Positions 9,581-19,973 of a stretch of 51,322 nt of DNA are shown in pieces. A model generated the notes under the pieces. It was given only the letters and a program-made list of their open reading frames with translations. It did not search any database and was not told the origin of the DNA. The translations under genes and the position numbers were made by a program. The DNA is from an uncultured Thermoproteaceae archaeon (lineage in GTDB: Archaea > Thermoproteota > Thermoprotei > Thermoproteales > Thermocladiaceae), in the NCBI GenBank assembly GCA_964575955.1, contig CAZNTG010000004.1, forward strand, positions 1-51,322, written 5' to 3'. How positions within the stretch are numbered: the first letter of the stretch is position 1; every line of letters begins with the position of its first letter.

Positions 9581-10351
9581 TTAGGTATGGTATGTAAATT
9601 TTGATAATGCAGAACTACAAGCTATAAATAGGAGTATAGGCTCCACTATCGACAGTACAGACTCTATAAGTGCTACCTCCCATATATATGGCATAAACCA
9701 GAGTAGTATAAATTCTACTATTGACAATACTACAACTACTATAAATAGAACCTCTCTAGTATCATCTTTCAATTTTGCAAGACCGATGAGATAGCCAATC
9801 CATGATATGAAAAATGATGCAACTTCAAATACAATTAACAATATCTCTGTTATCACAACTTCATAACTTACAAACATTACTATAGTTGGTAAGCGTAATG
9901 TTGATATAATATATATCGATAGTATAGGTATTACTACTGCCAGTATTGAAAATACTATTCCAAATATTATACCATATTTCAATAGTGAGTATGGTGTTGA
10001 ATATTTTAAAGGATCATATTGTCTAAATCTATTGAATGAAGGTATTAGATACTTAAATACTGCTATGATAATTAGTATAAGTATGATTAATATCAACACT
10101 ACAATTAGGAAGACGTATTGTGAAACACTACGAATAACATTATATAACATATCTTGAATGAACTTTACATATCCTGTAGAAGTAGTAGGATTGTACGTGT
10201 ATGAAGTTACTGATGTAAAACTTATTAATGCACTATATATTGCTGAGGAAGCTGTGTAGAAGAATGCTATACATAGTGCTACAACTACTATCCAAATTAA
10301 AGCATACCTCTTTAAGAGGCGTAATCCCTCAATAAGTCTATCAATACTCAT
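9581..10351 (-). CDS. Multi-pass membrane protein (DUF973-like)
   Basis: About 6 hydrophobic segments; N-terminal EGLRLLK. Confidence 0.6.
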   Translation of the reverse strand: MSIDRLIEGLRLLKRYALIWIVVVALCIAFFYTASSAIYSALISFTSVTSYTYNPTTSTGYVKFIQDMLYNVIRSVSQYVFLIVVLILIILILIIIAVFKYLIPSFNRFRQYDPLKYSTPYSLLKYGIIFGIVFSILAVVIPILSIYIISTLRLPTIVMFVSYEVVITEILLIVFEVASFFISWIGYLIGLAKLKDDTREVLFIVVVVLSIVEFILLWFMPYIWEVALIESVLSIVEPILLFIACSSALSKFTYHT

Positions 10352-10420
10352 ACATTAATATGTGAGACTATATTAACTTTTTAAGTAGTATTATGTAGAT
10401 ATTAGCTGTTAGAGATTTGA

Positions 10421-10472
10421 GTGATGTAACTTCAGCGGGTCTGAATATGTGATGATGGGTTGGAGTTGCTGA
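10421..10472 (+). ncRNA. Box C/D guide sRNA 5
   Basis: GTGATGT-AACTTCAGCGGGT-CTGA-atat-GTGATGA-TGGGTTGGAGTTG-CTGA. Confidence 0.9.
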
Positions 10473-10521
10473 TGATAATGTTTTTAAGAAGTTTAAAGTT
10501 GCTAAATGCTTTGACGTATAT

Positions 10522-11331
10522 ATGATAGATATAGTTTACATAATTTTAATATCTTCAATAATTCAAGGTTTATTTGAGTGGATTCCTATTAGTAGTAGTG
10601 GTATTGTTACGATATTCTGCACATTTCTAGGTATTAAGTTTTTAAAAAGTTTTAATTGGTCTTTAGCACTTCATTTAGGTTCAGGATTTGCTGCATTTAC
10701 ACTATTTTGGAGAGATTTTCTAAATATCTTAAAAATTAGAGATCGTAAAGCCTGTGATAGTTTAAATATTAATTTCAGTATGTACATAATCTTGATTTTC
10801 ATATCACTACTTGTTGGTGGTCTACTCTACATATTGCTTGTAAAATTTTATAGTTATGAAATTCCTGGTAGGGTAGCTCTTGGTATTGTTGGTATATTTT
10901 TAATCATTACTGGATTATTGGACTACTACTATGAGAAGGTTAAGGCTAAAGTTGTGTTAAGTAGTGATTTATCTAGATTTGACTGGTTTATTCTAGGTTT
11001 TCTTCAAGGTATTGCTGTAATTCCTGGTCTTTCTAGAAGTGGTTTATTGTTAGCATATTTGAGTTTTAGAAAGGTAAAACCTGATGTTGCATTTAAGATT
11101 AGTCTTATTGTTGGTGCTCCAACACTCATACTTGCTGGTCTTGCTGGTCTATATATGTGTAGAAGTGTCATACCTACGTTAGATATTGCTATTGCTATAT
11201 TGTTGTCATATATTACAAGTCTACTGTTTGGCTATCTATTCTATAGAGCTTTTATGAGATTGAAAGTTTGGAGTTTCGCTATTATTATAGGTATACTACT
11301 TGTAGTAAGTATGTTAATATCACTACTTTAA
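10522..11331 (+). CDS. uppP: Undecaprenyl/polyprenyl-diphosphate phosphatase (BacA family)
   Basis: QGLFEWIPISSSG, LHLGS, QGIAVIPGLSRSG; multiple TM. Confidence 0.85.
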   Translation: MIDIVYIILISSIIQGLFEWIPISSSGIVTIFCTFLGIKFLKSFNWSLALHLGSGFAAFTLFWRDFLNILKIRDRKACDSLNINFSMYIILIFISLLVGGLLYILLVKFYSYEIPGRVALGIVGIFLIITGLLDYYYEKVKAKVVLSSDLSRFDWFILGFLQGIAVIPGLSRSGLLLAYLSFRKVKPDVAFKISLIVGAPTLILAGLAGLYMCRSVIPTLDIAIAILLSYITSLLFGYLFYRAFMRLKVWSFAIIIGILLVVSMLISLL

Positions 11332-12018
11332 TTCTGGTTCCAAAATTTCAACTCTACAATACTGTTCTGCAAGTTTCTTAAATTTCTCAGCATGACTTTT
11401 ATCACCAACAATAACACCATAATGCATTGGTATTGCAATTTTCGGCTTAATCATCTTCACAGCTTCTACAGCTTCTTCAGGTGTCATAACATATGTACCA
11501 CTTACAGGTAGTAGTGCAATATCTACCTTACCTTCAAGTTCCTTCATCTCTGGTATATTGTCAGTATCACCAGCATGGTAGATGACTACGTTTGATATAG
11601 TTACTACATATCCAACTCTACCATCCTCCTTAGGGTGAAATACTTTTCCAGGTGCTCTAAACTTATTAATGTTGTATGATGGTATTGTCCTAATCACTAC
11701 ATCTCTAATAGTAATCTCTTGATATGGTTTAACTAGAACAATTTGACCGACCCTACCTGAAAGTTCAGATACACAACCTCTAGCAACTTCAGGAGCTGCA
11801 ACTACAGTGTCAGATTTAGCTATCAATTTAACACTCTCAGGATCACAATGATCAAAATGTTCATGTGTAATTAATACAAGATCAGCCTTAGGTAATGTAG
11901 CTTTTTTAGGAAATTCATAAGGATCGAAGTATAGTACTAGGTTAGGTGCTTCGACTCTAATACATGCATGTTTTACAAGATATATCTTTAAAGGTCCATA
12001 TTCTACAAATCTAGTCAT
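11323..12018 (-). CDS. Metallo-beta-lactamase-fold hydrolase
   Basis: THEHFDH, YHAGDT, PMHYG. Confidence 0.9.
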   Translation of the reverse strand: MTRFVEYGPLKIYLVKHACIRVEAPNLVLYFDPYEFPKKATLPKADLVLITHEHFDHCDPESVKLIAKSDTVVAAPEVARGCVSELSGRVGQIVLVKPYQEITIRDVVIRTIPSYNINKFRAPGKVFHPKEDGRVGYVVTISNVVIYHAGDTDNIPEMKELEGKVDIALLPVSGTYVMTPEEAVEAVKMIKPKIAIPMHYGVIVGDKSHAEKFKKLAEQYCRVEILEPELK

Positions 12019-12103
12019 TACTATTTAATATCACTAATTCAAATTTAAAAAATACCTAGAATTGTTGAGGTTACATATTAATACTCTAAACGGATAATTT
12101 ATT

Positions 12104-13222
12104 GTGGTTTCTTGGTCTTGGACTAGAACATTATTGAGAAGTATGGATAGAGATAACATTAAGACAATACTATCACTACCAAACGTTAGAGAATCAATAT
12201 TCTACATAAAACTTAGAAATTATAAAGTTAAATGTACACTATGTCATAGAGGATGTATATTAGATAACTATCAGGTAGGTACATGTGGAGTTAGGATAAA
12301 TATTGAGGGTAGATTATACACAACAACTTATGGACTATTGACAGCTGTTGAATCTAGACCAATGGAGATAAAACCATTTTTCCACTACTATCCAGGATCT
12401 ACAGCATTAACAATAAGTACTTGGGGATGCACATTTCCATGTGCGTGGTGTCAAAATTGGTATCTTTCAAAATATGCATTTATAGATAGAGGTGAGTACT
12501 ACCCTATTGATAGATTATTAAGATATCTAGAAGCTACAGGTGATGAAGGTATTAATGTTAGTTTTAATGAACCAACACTGCTCACAGAGTATTGTATTGA
12601 ACTATTTCAAAAAGCTAGAAGTATATGTAAACACTTATCATACAACACAAACGGGTATATAACTATTGAAGCATTAAAAAAGTTGATAGAATCTGGTCTA
12701 GATGGTGCTAATGTAGATATTAAAGGTGGTCCTGAAACATATAGAAAATGGCTATGTGCAGATTTTAATAAATATTGGAGTTCTGTTAAATATCTATATG
12801 AAAATGGTGTACATATAGAACTTACGTATCTAGTAATTCCAGGAGTTAATGATGAAGATTATGAATTTATTATTGATAAAATATTGAAAGATTTAGGTCC
12901 TGACACTCCACTACACATAACTAGATTTCATCCAAATCACCTACTCATAGATAGACCAGCAACACCTATAGATCTTCTAGAGAAGATAGCTAGATATGCT
13001 AAAAAACAGGGTTTGAAGTATGTTTATGTTGGTAATGTTCCTGGTCATCCACTAGAACATACATACTGTCCAAACTGTGGAAAAATAGTAATAAAAAGAT
13101 ATGGAATGTATGTAGTTAAGGTTGATTTAGAGGAGAGAGATGGTAGATACCTATGTCCAAATTGTAAAACTGAGATCTATATTAGAGGTAGAGTTAGGAA
13201 GACTGTTGAGAGACATGTGTAG
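12104..13222 (+). CDS. AmmeMemoRadiSam-type radical SAM enzyme (PFL-activase-like)
   Basis: CTLCHRGC, EIKPFFHYYPG, GCTFPCAWCQNW, YVYVGNVPGH..TYCPNCG; start may be 12143. Confidence 0.85.
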   Translation: MVSWSWTRTLLRSMDRDNIKTILSLPNVRESIFYIKLRNYKVKCTLCHRGCILDNYQVGTCGVRINIEGRLYTTTYGLLTAVESRPMEIKPFFHYYPGSTALTISTWGCTFPCAWCQNWYLSKYAFIDRGEYYPIDRLLRYLEATGDEGINVSFNEPTLLTEYCIELFQKARSICKHLSYNTNGYITIEALKKLIESGLDGANVDIKGGPETYRKWLCADFNKYWSSVKYLYENGVHIELTYLVIPGVNDEDYEFIIDKILKDLGPDTPLHITRFHPNHLLIDRPATPIDLLEKIARYAKKQGLKYVYVGNVPGHPLEHTYCPNCGKIVIKRYGMYVVKVDLEERDGRYLCPNCKTEIYIRGRVRKTVERHV

Positions 13223-13224
13223 AA

Positions 13225-13545
13225 TTACTTCACAGGAATCTCATATCTACTACTCTTCATATGGTGAGTTATCTCTTCAGCAAATTCTTCAAGTGTTTGA
13301 CCTGTAACAACATGTATTTCATATGCTTCAAGCTTCTTAACATCATATACTATGACTCTCCTAGTAGCTGATACTTTTGCTATAACTATACTACCCTCCC
13401 TAATTCTATCTCTCTCAGCTTCTTTAATCCTGACATGTACCCTCTCTGACGGTCTGTGGAGGGGGCTTATTAACGTTTCTAAAACTAGTTCAAATTTATC
13501 CTTCCTGTACTCGACAATTCTACCAATTATGTAGAAGTGTCTCAC
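13225..13545 (-). CDS. Small hypothetical protein, OB-fold-like
   Basis: IIGRIVEY..IREGSIVIAKV beta-rich pattern. Confidence 0.55.
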   Translation of the reverse strand: MRHFYIIGRIVEYRKDKFELVLETLISPLHRPSERVHVRIKEAERDRIREGSIVIAKVSATRRVIVYDVKKLEAYEIHVVTGQTLEEFAEEITHHMKSSRYEIPVK

Positions 13546-13608
13546 TATACATTACCCTTCTCTGAAAGTTTTATAAATATTTTCTCAAACCTGCGATTAA
13601 GCTAACAT

Positions 13609-14595
13609 ATGAGTAGTAAAAATCTCAACACTGGTCTATGTATACTTGTAGCAGTTCTATGGGGTATACTTGGTCTTTTTATAAAACTTCTAGATCCAAT
13701 AATACAACCTACATATCAGGTAACTGTCAGATATGTACTATCTCTAATATCTTTCATAATAATAATGACAATATCTTGGATATACGGTGCTAAAGGTCTT
13801 GGAACATACTACATAACGCACTTATCATATCTTAGAATTGGTAGATTAGCATTTTCAAATATTGTAGTTATAATACTTGCATCAATATTTGGATTTGGAA
13901 TATCAATACCAGCATTCTTCATAGCAGTATCAATATGTGGAGTATACTTCACATATATAGTAGGTATAGGATTGACAGTTATCGTGACGGCACTTATGAA
14001 AGTATTATCAGGTTCTGAAATATTTACAAAATATAAACTTGGATATATAATACTACTACTAACTATCATAGTAGTAACAACATACATATCAAAGATTTCT
14101 TATACAGGTTTGATCTATGTTATAATATTTTCAATAACTTGGGGTCTATATCTATGGCTTGTTGGTAATATTAATAGACCAGGTAGAGATTTCATATCAA
14201 AACTCTACACAACATGTATAGATATGAGTATTAGCTTAGCTATAGGTTTAATATCATTAATAGCATTCTTTCACATAGGTTTAGGACATGTATTTAGAAG
14301 TATCTTAAGATCACTATCTAATATCTATACAATATTTCTAATGGTTATAGGTATAGTACTACTATGCACAGTACTTCCATACATTATCATATGTATAGTC
14401 TTGAGTATGGATCCAACACTTGTTGTTAATTTCTCAATTATTCAATATTTAGAAGTTATACTTGCACTACTGTTAGGAATATTCTATTTTCATGAACTTC
14501 CGATTAACAATATAACGATAATGTATATCATATTTTCAATAGTTAGCCTTGTACTATGTATGTATCTTAGAGCACTTGATATTGGTAAGAGATGA
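13609..14595 (+). CDS. EamA/DMT-family transporter
   Basis: About 10 TM; AVLWG, QYLEVILALLLGIFYFHE. Confidence 0.8.
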   Translation: MSSKNLNTGLCILVAVLWGILGLFIKLLDPIIQPTYQVTVRYVLSLISFIIIMTISWIYGAKGLGTYYITHLSYLRIGRLAFSNIVVIILASIFGFGISIPAFFIAVSICGVYFTYIVGIGLTVIVTALMKVLSGSEIFTKYKLGYIILLLTIIVVTTYISKISYTGLIYVIIFSITWGLYLWLVGNINRPGRDFISKLYTTCIDMSISLAIGLISLIAFFHIGLGHVFRSILRSLSNIYTIFLMVIGIVLLCTVLPYIIICIVLSMDPTLVVNFSIIQYLEVILALLLGIFYFHELPINNITIMYIIFSIVSLVLCMYLRALDIGKR

Positions 14596-14644
14596 TCAGT
14601 TCATGAATGGGTAATCATCTATCATCAAGGCCAGAGATCATCAT
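14596..14644 (-). ncRNA. Box C/D guide sRNA 6 (23S rRNA), directly downstream of rpl3
   Basis: ATGATGA-TCTCTGGCCTTG-ATGA-taga-TGATTA-CCCATTCATGAA-CTGA; D guide matches conserved 23S CAUGAAUGG. Confidence 0.88.
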
Positions 14645-14655
14645 CCTGAATATTT

Positions 14656-15687
14656 TTATGATGCTGGTAGTGGCTGTGTACTAATCCAAACTATCTCTGG
14701 TGGTGTTGTTGGCCATGTTGGTGGTCTTGGTCTTACTGGAAATCTCATCATTACAAGTCTCTTTACTGGTCCAGGAACTGTACCATCTAGAACTATGTAT
14801 GGTCCTCTTATAATTCCATAATGTTTAAATCCACCTTTAGGAGTTACTTCCTCTCCTGATTGACCAATCTTCAATATTCTCTTATTATACTCAGTACGTT
14901 TATGAAATCCACACTGTCCTGCTCTAGGTATTGTAAACATTGGTCCTGGTGCTTGTGGACCTACCGATCCACCTTTTCTACATCCTTTTCTATGCTTATG
15001 CCATCTTGGTCTAATTACAATTCCAAATCTCTTTACTGGTCCTTGAAATCCTTTTCCTTTAGTTACAGCTGTAACATCTACATACTGTCCTGGTTGAAAT
15101 ACATCCCATATGTTTACCTCTTTTCCAAGTATGTTCTTGGCATATTCAATAATTTGATTAATATCATCTACACCACCTATAGGTATTTCAAATATTTCAG
15201 GTGTCTTCTTACCAATACCTGATAACCATGGCTGTGTACTACATATTGCTCTAACTTCCGTAACTATGTCAATCTTATCTTCAATCTTCTTCCACATCTT
15301 ATCAGGATCTACCTTAAGTGTTGGTATTCTTCTCTTAATCTTCTCCATAATATCATCAGGTAGTTGTGCCCAAACTTCTCCAATACTTAGCTCAGCAACT
15401 TTAACAGGATCGAAAGTGTAGAATCTAATACCAACAACTCTGAGAGGTGGTGCATCTAGTATTGTTACTGGTCTCACAATCTCCTTACCATAGAATGGAC
15501 TTGTCTGCCTATCATCAATCATGACCACATGAGCCATACCTGCCTTATATGCTGCAAATCCAAGAAGTATTGGCTTTCCAGGTTTAGGATCAACCCAAGT
15601 TCTAAATTTTGCGACTATAGATGATGCTCTCTTCCTAGGATAGAAAGCCATTGAGCCTCTTCTTGGTCTATTAATCTTAAGACCCAT
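14656..15687 (-). CDS. rpl3: 50S ribosomal protein L3
   Basis: RPRRGSMAFYPRKRA, YKAGMAH, TKGKGFQGPVKRFG, GFHKRTEYNKRI. Confidence 0.98.
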   Translation of the reverse strand: MGLKINRPRRGSMAFYPRKRASSIVAKFRTWVDPKPGKPILLGFAAYKAGMAHVVMIDDRQTSPFYGKEIVRPVTILDAPPLRVVGIRFYTFDPVKVAELSIGEVWAQLPDDIMEKIKRRIPTLKVDPDKMWKKIEDKIDIVTEVRAICSTQPWLSGIGKKTPEIFEIPIGGVDDINQIIEYAKNILGKEVNIWDVFQPGQYVDVTAVTKGKGFQGPVKRFGIVIRPRWHKHRKGCRKGGSVGPQAPGPMFTIPRAGQCGFHKRTEYNKRILKIGQSGEEVTPKGGFKHYGIIRGPYIVLDGTVPGPVKRLVMMRFPVRPRPPTWPTTPPEIVWISTQPLPAS

Positions 15688-15783
15688 AACTAGCTCACAG
15701 ACATGTATTGTAAGTATTTAAATATCTTACTTACCAACACTATAAACTAGACAGACAACATATATTAGACCTCTTTCTAGACT

Positions 15784-16983
15784 ATGAAGATTACAAAAAT
15801 GGTAAGATTAGATAATAGAAAGTCAACATCAACATTCTACGCAACTATAAGTATTGCATATGCTGTACAGTTTATTGGTGTATCATTAAAGTTGTATAGT
15901 ATTAGTGCATCAGGAATTGTTATAGGAATAGCATATCTACTATTCAATCTTGCAGCAATGATTGGAAGTATAGTAATACCAAGATGCTTATCAAAGTACT
16001 ACAATATACTAACAGCAATATCTATAGTGATGATAGCAATATCATGCTACATAATATACATATCTAGATATGTATTACCAATAATCTTAGGATTTATAAT
16101 GACAGGATTCTTCTACTCAACTCTAGGACCTGCATTGACATACCTCTTAACTGAGGAGAATGAAGATATGAAAGTTTCTGTAAAAATTTTAACAATACCA
16201 CAAAATTTAGGTTGGTGTTTAGGTTTTCTAATGGGTGCACTTTCTTGTCTATTTACAAATCTAAGTACTGCAATACTACTTTCAGCATCTTCAGCAATAA
16301 TATCAATACCATTTGCAATACCTATAATAAAAAACTTGAAGAAGTATGTGATGATTAGAGAATTTAAGAAGAATTTAAATATTGAAAGATTGAAGAGGAG
16401 TATATTAATACCATACTACGCATCAGTATTCTTAACATTCTTAGCAGCTAGTACATTCTTCACATCACTACCACCACTACTTGCAAAGCTTGGTTTAAAA
16501 AACTATGAAATATATTTTGCAAGATTTATAGGATCTGTAGTTGCAGTTCTATCATACATATATACAATATCTGCAATGCTTGAAAAAGTCTCAACAGTAC
16601 TTCACAAAATATCTAACTACCTAATTGTTAGAGGTGTAGGATTTCTTCTACTATTAACAGCATTCTACCTAAGTGGAATTGAACTTTTCATAGATGCATG
16701 TATAATATTGATAATAATTGGAATAACTTGGAGCTACTTAAACACAGGTATAAAAGTCATAGTATTAAACTTTGGTGAAGAAGCACATAAGATATATGGA
16801 GATACAACATTTCTAATATGTCTAGGATTTATAATTGGATCTTTCATAGGTGGAGCACTACTAGACCTATACACAATACTAATACCTATAGTGTCTTCAA
16901 TACTTGCATTTACAGCAGCAATATCATACACACTAGCCTCTAAAAGAGCATTAATATCAGACATGGGTTCCATCATCACATAG
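15784..16983 (+). CDS. MFS transporter
   Basis: About 12 TM in two halves, 399 aa. Confidence 0.75.
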   Translation: MKITKMVRLDNRKSTSTFYATISIAYAVQFIGVSLKLYSISASGIVIGIAYLLFNLAAMIGSIVIPRCLSKYYNILTAISIVMIAISCYIIYISRYVLPIILGFIMTGFFYSTLGPALTYLLTEENEDMKVSVKILTIPQNLGWCLGFLMGALSCLFTNLSTAILLSASSAIISIPFAIPIIKNLKKYVMIREFKKNLNIERLKRSILIPYYASVFLTFLAASTFFTSLPPLLAKLGLKNYEIYFARFIGSVVAVLSYIYTISAMLEKVSTVLHKISNYLIVRGVGFLLLLTAFYLSGIELFIDACIILIIIGITWSYLNTGIKVIVLNFGEEAHKIYGDTTFLICLGFIIGSFIGGALLDLYTILIPIVSSILAFTAAISYTLASKRALISDMGSIIT

Positions 16984-17007
16984 TCAGATCCGTCCCCAAC
17001 TCTTCAC
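16957..17007 (-). ncRNA. Box C/D guide sRNA 7, antisense to MFS gene 3' end
   Basis: GTGAAGA-GTTGGGGACGGAT-CTGA-ctat-GTGATGA-TGGAACCCATGT-CTGA; TTTAAA at 17037-17042. Confidence 0.88.
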
Positions 17008-17046
17008 CAAATATACAAAATATCGAATAACACTATTTTAAACATA

Positions 17047-17631
17047 GTGACATACTACTACATAACTAGAGAACCTACAGATGAAGAATCTTGGAATCTA
17101 TACATACTTTACAAACTTTCAAAAATTAAAAATAAGATAGTTGGAATATACTACATACCTAGTCTAAAATATTACGGACCTGTAATATGTAGTGAACATA
17201 GTTTAAATGATGAAATATTTATAGAAATAAATTCTGAAATATTGAAAAATTCTATAAAGATGATATGTGTTAGATGTGGATGGTGTTGTGAAAAGAATTG
17301 TGGTGCATTTATGTTTGAAAATGAGTTAGAACTTGTAGATAAATCTCTAAAATATAAACTTCCAAGTAGAGTCGTAAAACTTTACGATGGTTCTAAAGTT
17401 AGAATATATAGACTTGATGTTTATAGACATGGTATGTGCATATTCTACAATTATAGAAGTAGACTATGTAGAATTCACGATAAGAAACCTATAATATGTA
17501 CTGTAACTTACTGTGCAAGATTTGGTACAGATAGTAATGGTAATCTCTATACTAGAATTGGCAGAGCAGTATCTGGTTATATAATATTTAAGAAAATAAA
17601 ACGTATTAACAATATAGATAATACATTCTAA
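17047..17631 (+). CDS. YkgJ/UPF0153 cysteine-cluster protein
   Basis: CVRCGWCC, CIFY..CRIHDKKPIIC. Confidence 0.8.
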   Translation: MTYYYITREPTDEESWNLYILYKLSKIKNKIVGIYYIPSLKYYGPVICSEHSLNDEIFIEINSEILKNSIKMICVRCGWCCEKNCGAFMFENELELVDKSLKYKLPSRVVKLYDGSKVRIYRLDVYRHGMCIFYNYRSRLCRIHDKKPIICTVTYCARFGTDSNGNLYTRIGRAVSGYIIFKKIKRINNIDNTF

Positions 17632-17681
17632 AATACTGAGATAGGTAAGCTTAAACAAACTATTCAAAATCTTAATAACAT

Positions 17682-18845
17682 GTGAGAGAAATAACACTAA
17701 TACCAACATCAATACATGAACACATCTTTAGATGTTGTAAATGTGGTCTCTGTTGTGAAGGACCTGTAGAGCTTACAGATATAGACTATAGGAGAATTTT
17801 AAAGAAAGCTGAAGAATTAAATATAAAACCATCTATAGAATTTAGAAAGAGAGGTGATAAATTAAGACCAGTGTTAAAACCAATAGAGAAAGATACTCTA
17901 GTTTTAGAATGTGCATTCTTAAAAAGAATTAATAATGAGAGAATATGTCTAATATACGAAGATAGACCATGCTACTGTAGACTTTATCCACTATTTATAG
18001 GATATAGTAAACATCTAAAAATAGTATATGTAGATGTACTACACTGTCCAGGTGTACATCATAGATGTATTGGTAGATATTCAACATTTAAAGCTTCAAC
18101 AATAGATAGTAAGTATGTTATAGATATCTTACAGGAAGTGTTGAATATAGATCCAAATTTTCTAGATATAACACCAAATACCGATAAGGCAGTCGTATTA
18201 ACTCTATATCCAAAATTTAGGAGTGTTTATATTGATTGGAATCTTAAGTATAGTACAATATCTAGATTGAATAAGTTACTATGTGAAGAGTTGTATACAT
18301 GTGAAAATCTACTACAGATAATATATATAACATCTAGATTTCAATTAAAGGTTAGAGAGTGTATAAAGAATGTTGATAGTATATTTAAAATACCTGAAGA
18401 AATTAGAAGTATTAAATGTACATGTCATGTAAAGATTAGAGATGTTGAAAGAGAGGTGTTGAAGATGTTTGAACTTAGTGATGTTATTAAAGAGGGTAGA
18501 AAGCTTGTTATTATAGATAACTATGATAAGAATGTGTATGAGATAGAGCTTAATATTAAAGATTTTAAAGATCTCGTACTTGATAATAGAGATATTGAAA
18601 ATATTCTAGATATGTTATATAGATTTAGTACTAATATACAGACATGTGCTCTTCCTCTAGAGTTACTATACATTAATGGTTATACATTTCTAATAGCTAT
18701 ATACGGTATCTATAGATCTATATGTGATGAAGAGGTTAAATATTTATATAATATTGATGCTATTGGATTATCTATATATACTAGATCTCTTATAGAGTTT
18801 ATGAAGAAGCTTGGTATATCTTATATAAGTCTTGAAAGAATTTAA
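17682..18845 (+). CDS. YkgJ/UPF0153 cysteine-cluster protein with long C-terminal extension
   Basis: CCKCGLCC, CAFL, CLIYEDRPCYCRLYP, CPG. Confidence 0.82.
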   Translation: MREITLIPTSIHEHIFRCCKCGLCCEGPVELTDIDYRRILKKAEELNIKPSIEFRKRGDKLRPVLKPIEKDTLVLECAFLKRINNERICLIYEDRPCYCRLYPLFIGYSKHLKIVYVDVLHCPGVHHRCIGRYSTFKASTIDSKYVIDILQEVLNIDPNFLDITPNTDKAVVLTLYPKFRSVYIDWNLKYSTISRLNKLLCEELYTCENLLQIIYITSRFQLKVRECIKNVDSIFKIPEEIRSIKCTCHVKIRDVEREVLKMFELSDVIKEGRKLVIIDNYDKNVYEIELNIKDFKDLVLDNRDIENILDMLYRFSTNIQTCALPLELLYINGYTFLIAIYGIYRSICDEEVKYLYNIDAIGLSIYTRSLIEFMKKLGISYISLERI

Positions 18846-19921
18846 CTTCTTCTAAATCTAATTCCATCAACTTCGACTATTGCTGGTTTATCTTGTTCTC
18901 CCTGTACTTTAAATTTTATATTTAATATCTTCTCAACAATGTATATGTTTGTTATTGTGTGAAGTGTTAATTTTGATATTCCAATTTTTGAATATCCATC
19001 TGCTAGTGCTATGTATGGTATTAACATGTCTGCCATATGACTATCAAATGCTTTTCCAGATTTCAACTCTTCTACAAGTTTACTTGCAGCTTCTCTACCA
19101 ACCTCTTCTGCTGGTTTTCCTTTCTCTCCAAGTGCATCTGCACCAATTATCTGTCCTTTATCTGTTAATGCCCATAGAACTATTCCTGATCCAGGACCTA
19201 GGTGAGGATCTTTTTCAGGTGGGTAGAATTCTAATTCAATATCTATTTTTGATGTTATTCCACTTCTCTTAAGATATTCTTCTGCAGATTTTGCCTGTCT
19301 TTCAGCTACATGTTTTGGAAGTTTTACACAGTGTGATCTACCTCTAATCTCAACTACATTGCCTAAGTCTGTGTCGATTATGGGATTTAACTTTTCTGTT
19401 GGATATACTACAAGTTTTACATGACCACCACCACGTGGGTAATGTCCTCTTCTAAAAACTTTCAATTCAGCATTAACACCCATCTTTGAGAGTATTGGTA
19501 ACATAACATGTCTAACATAGTCTATAGGTGGTGACCAACGAACATCAGTACCACCTGTAATATCTACCTCAACAACATCAGGTGCGAATATCAGCACGGG
19601 AAGTATTGCCTGAATAACAAGACTAACACTACCAGCAGTACCAATATCAAACCTAAACTTACCACTCCTAATCTTACCAGGTATGAACAGTAGCTCCATA
19701 GAACCTTTATAAGCACCCTCCACCTTAGCATTACACAACTCAGCAATAGCCTTAACACCAGTCAAATGTTGAGCTTGAAGACCAGGATTTGAACGTTTAG
19801 CACGAATATTAAATATTCTAATAGGCTTACCAGTAAGTGCAGAAAGAGCTAAGCTAGTTCTCAAAATCTGACCACCACCCTCAAGAACAGAACCATCAAT
19901 TTCTACAATGTCTGATTTCAT
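18842..19921 (-). CDS. rtcA: RNA 3'-terminal phosphate cyclase
   Basis: EGGGQILRT, GGTDV, RGHYPRGGG, DSHMADML. Confidence 0.96.
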   Translation of the reverse strand: MKSDIVEIDGSVLEGGGQILRTSLALSALTGKPIRIFNIRAKRSNPGLQAQHLTGVKAIAELCNAKVEGAYKGSMELLFIPGKIRSGKFRFDIGTAGSVSLVIQAILPVLIFAPDVVEVDITGGTDVRWSPPIDYVRHVMLPILSKMGVNAELKVFRRGHYPRGGGHVKLVVYPTEKLNPIIDTDLGNVVEIRGRSHCVKLPKHVAERQAKSAEEYLKRSGITSKIDIELEFYPPEKDPHLGPGSGIVLWALTDKGQIIGADALGEKGKPAEEVGREAASKLVEELKSGKAFDSHMADMLIPYIALADGYSKIGISKLTLHTITNIYIVEKILNIKFKVQGEQDKPAIVEVDGIRFRRS

Positions 19922-19973
19922 GTGAAGACATATGACATATTAGGAGAATTAAAACTTTAGACTATAAATAATC

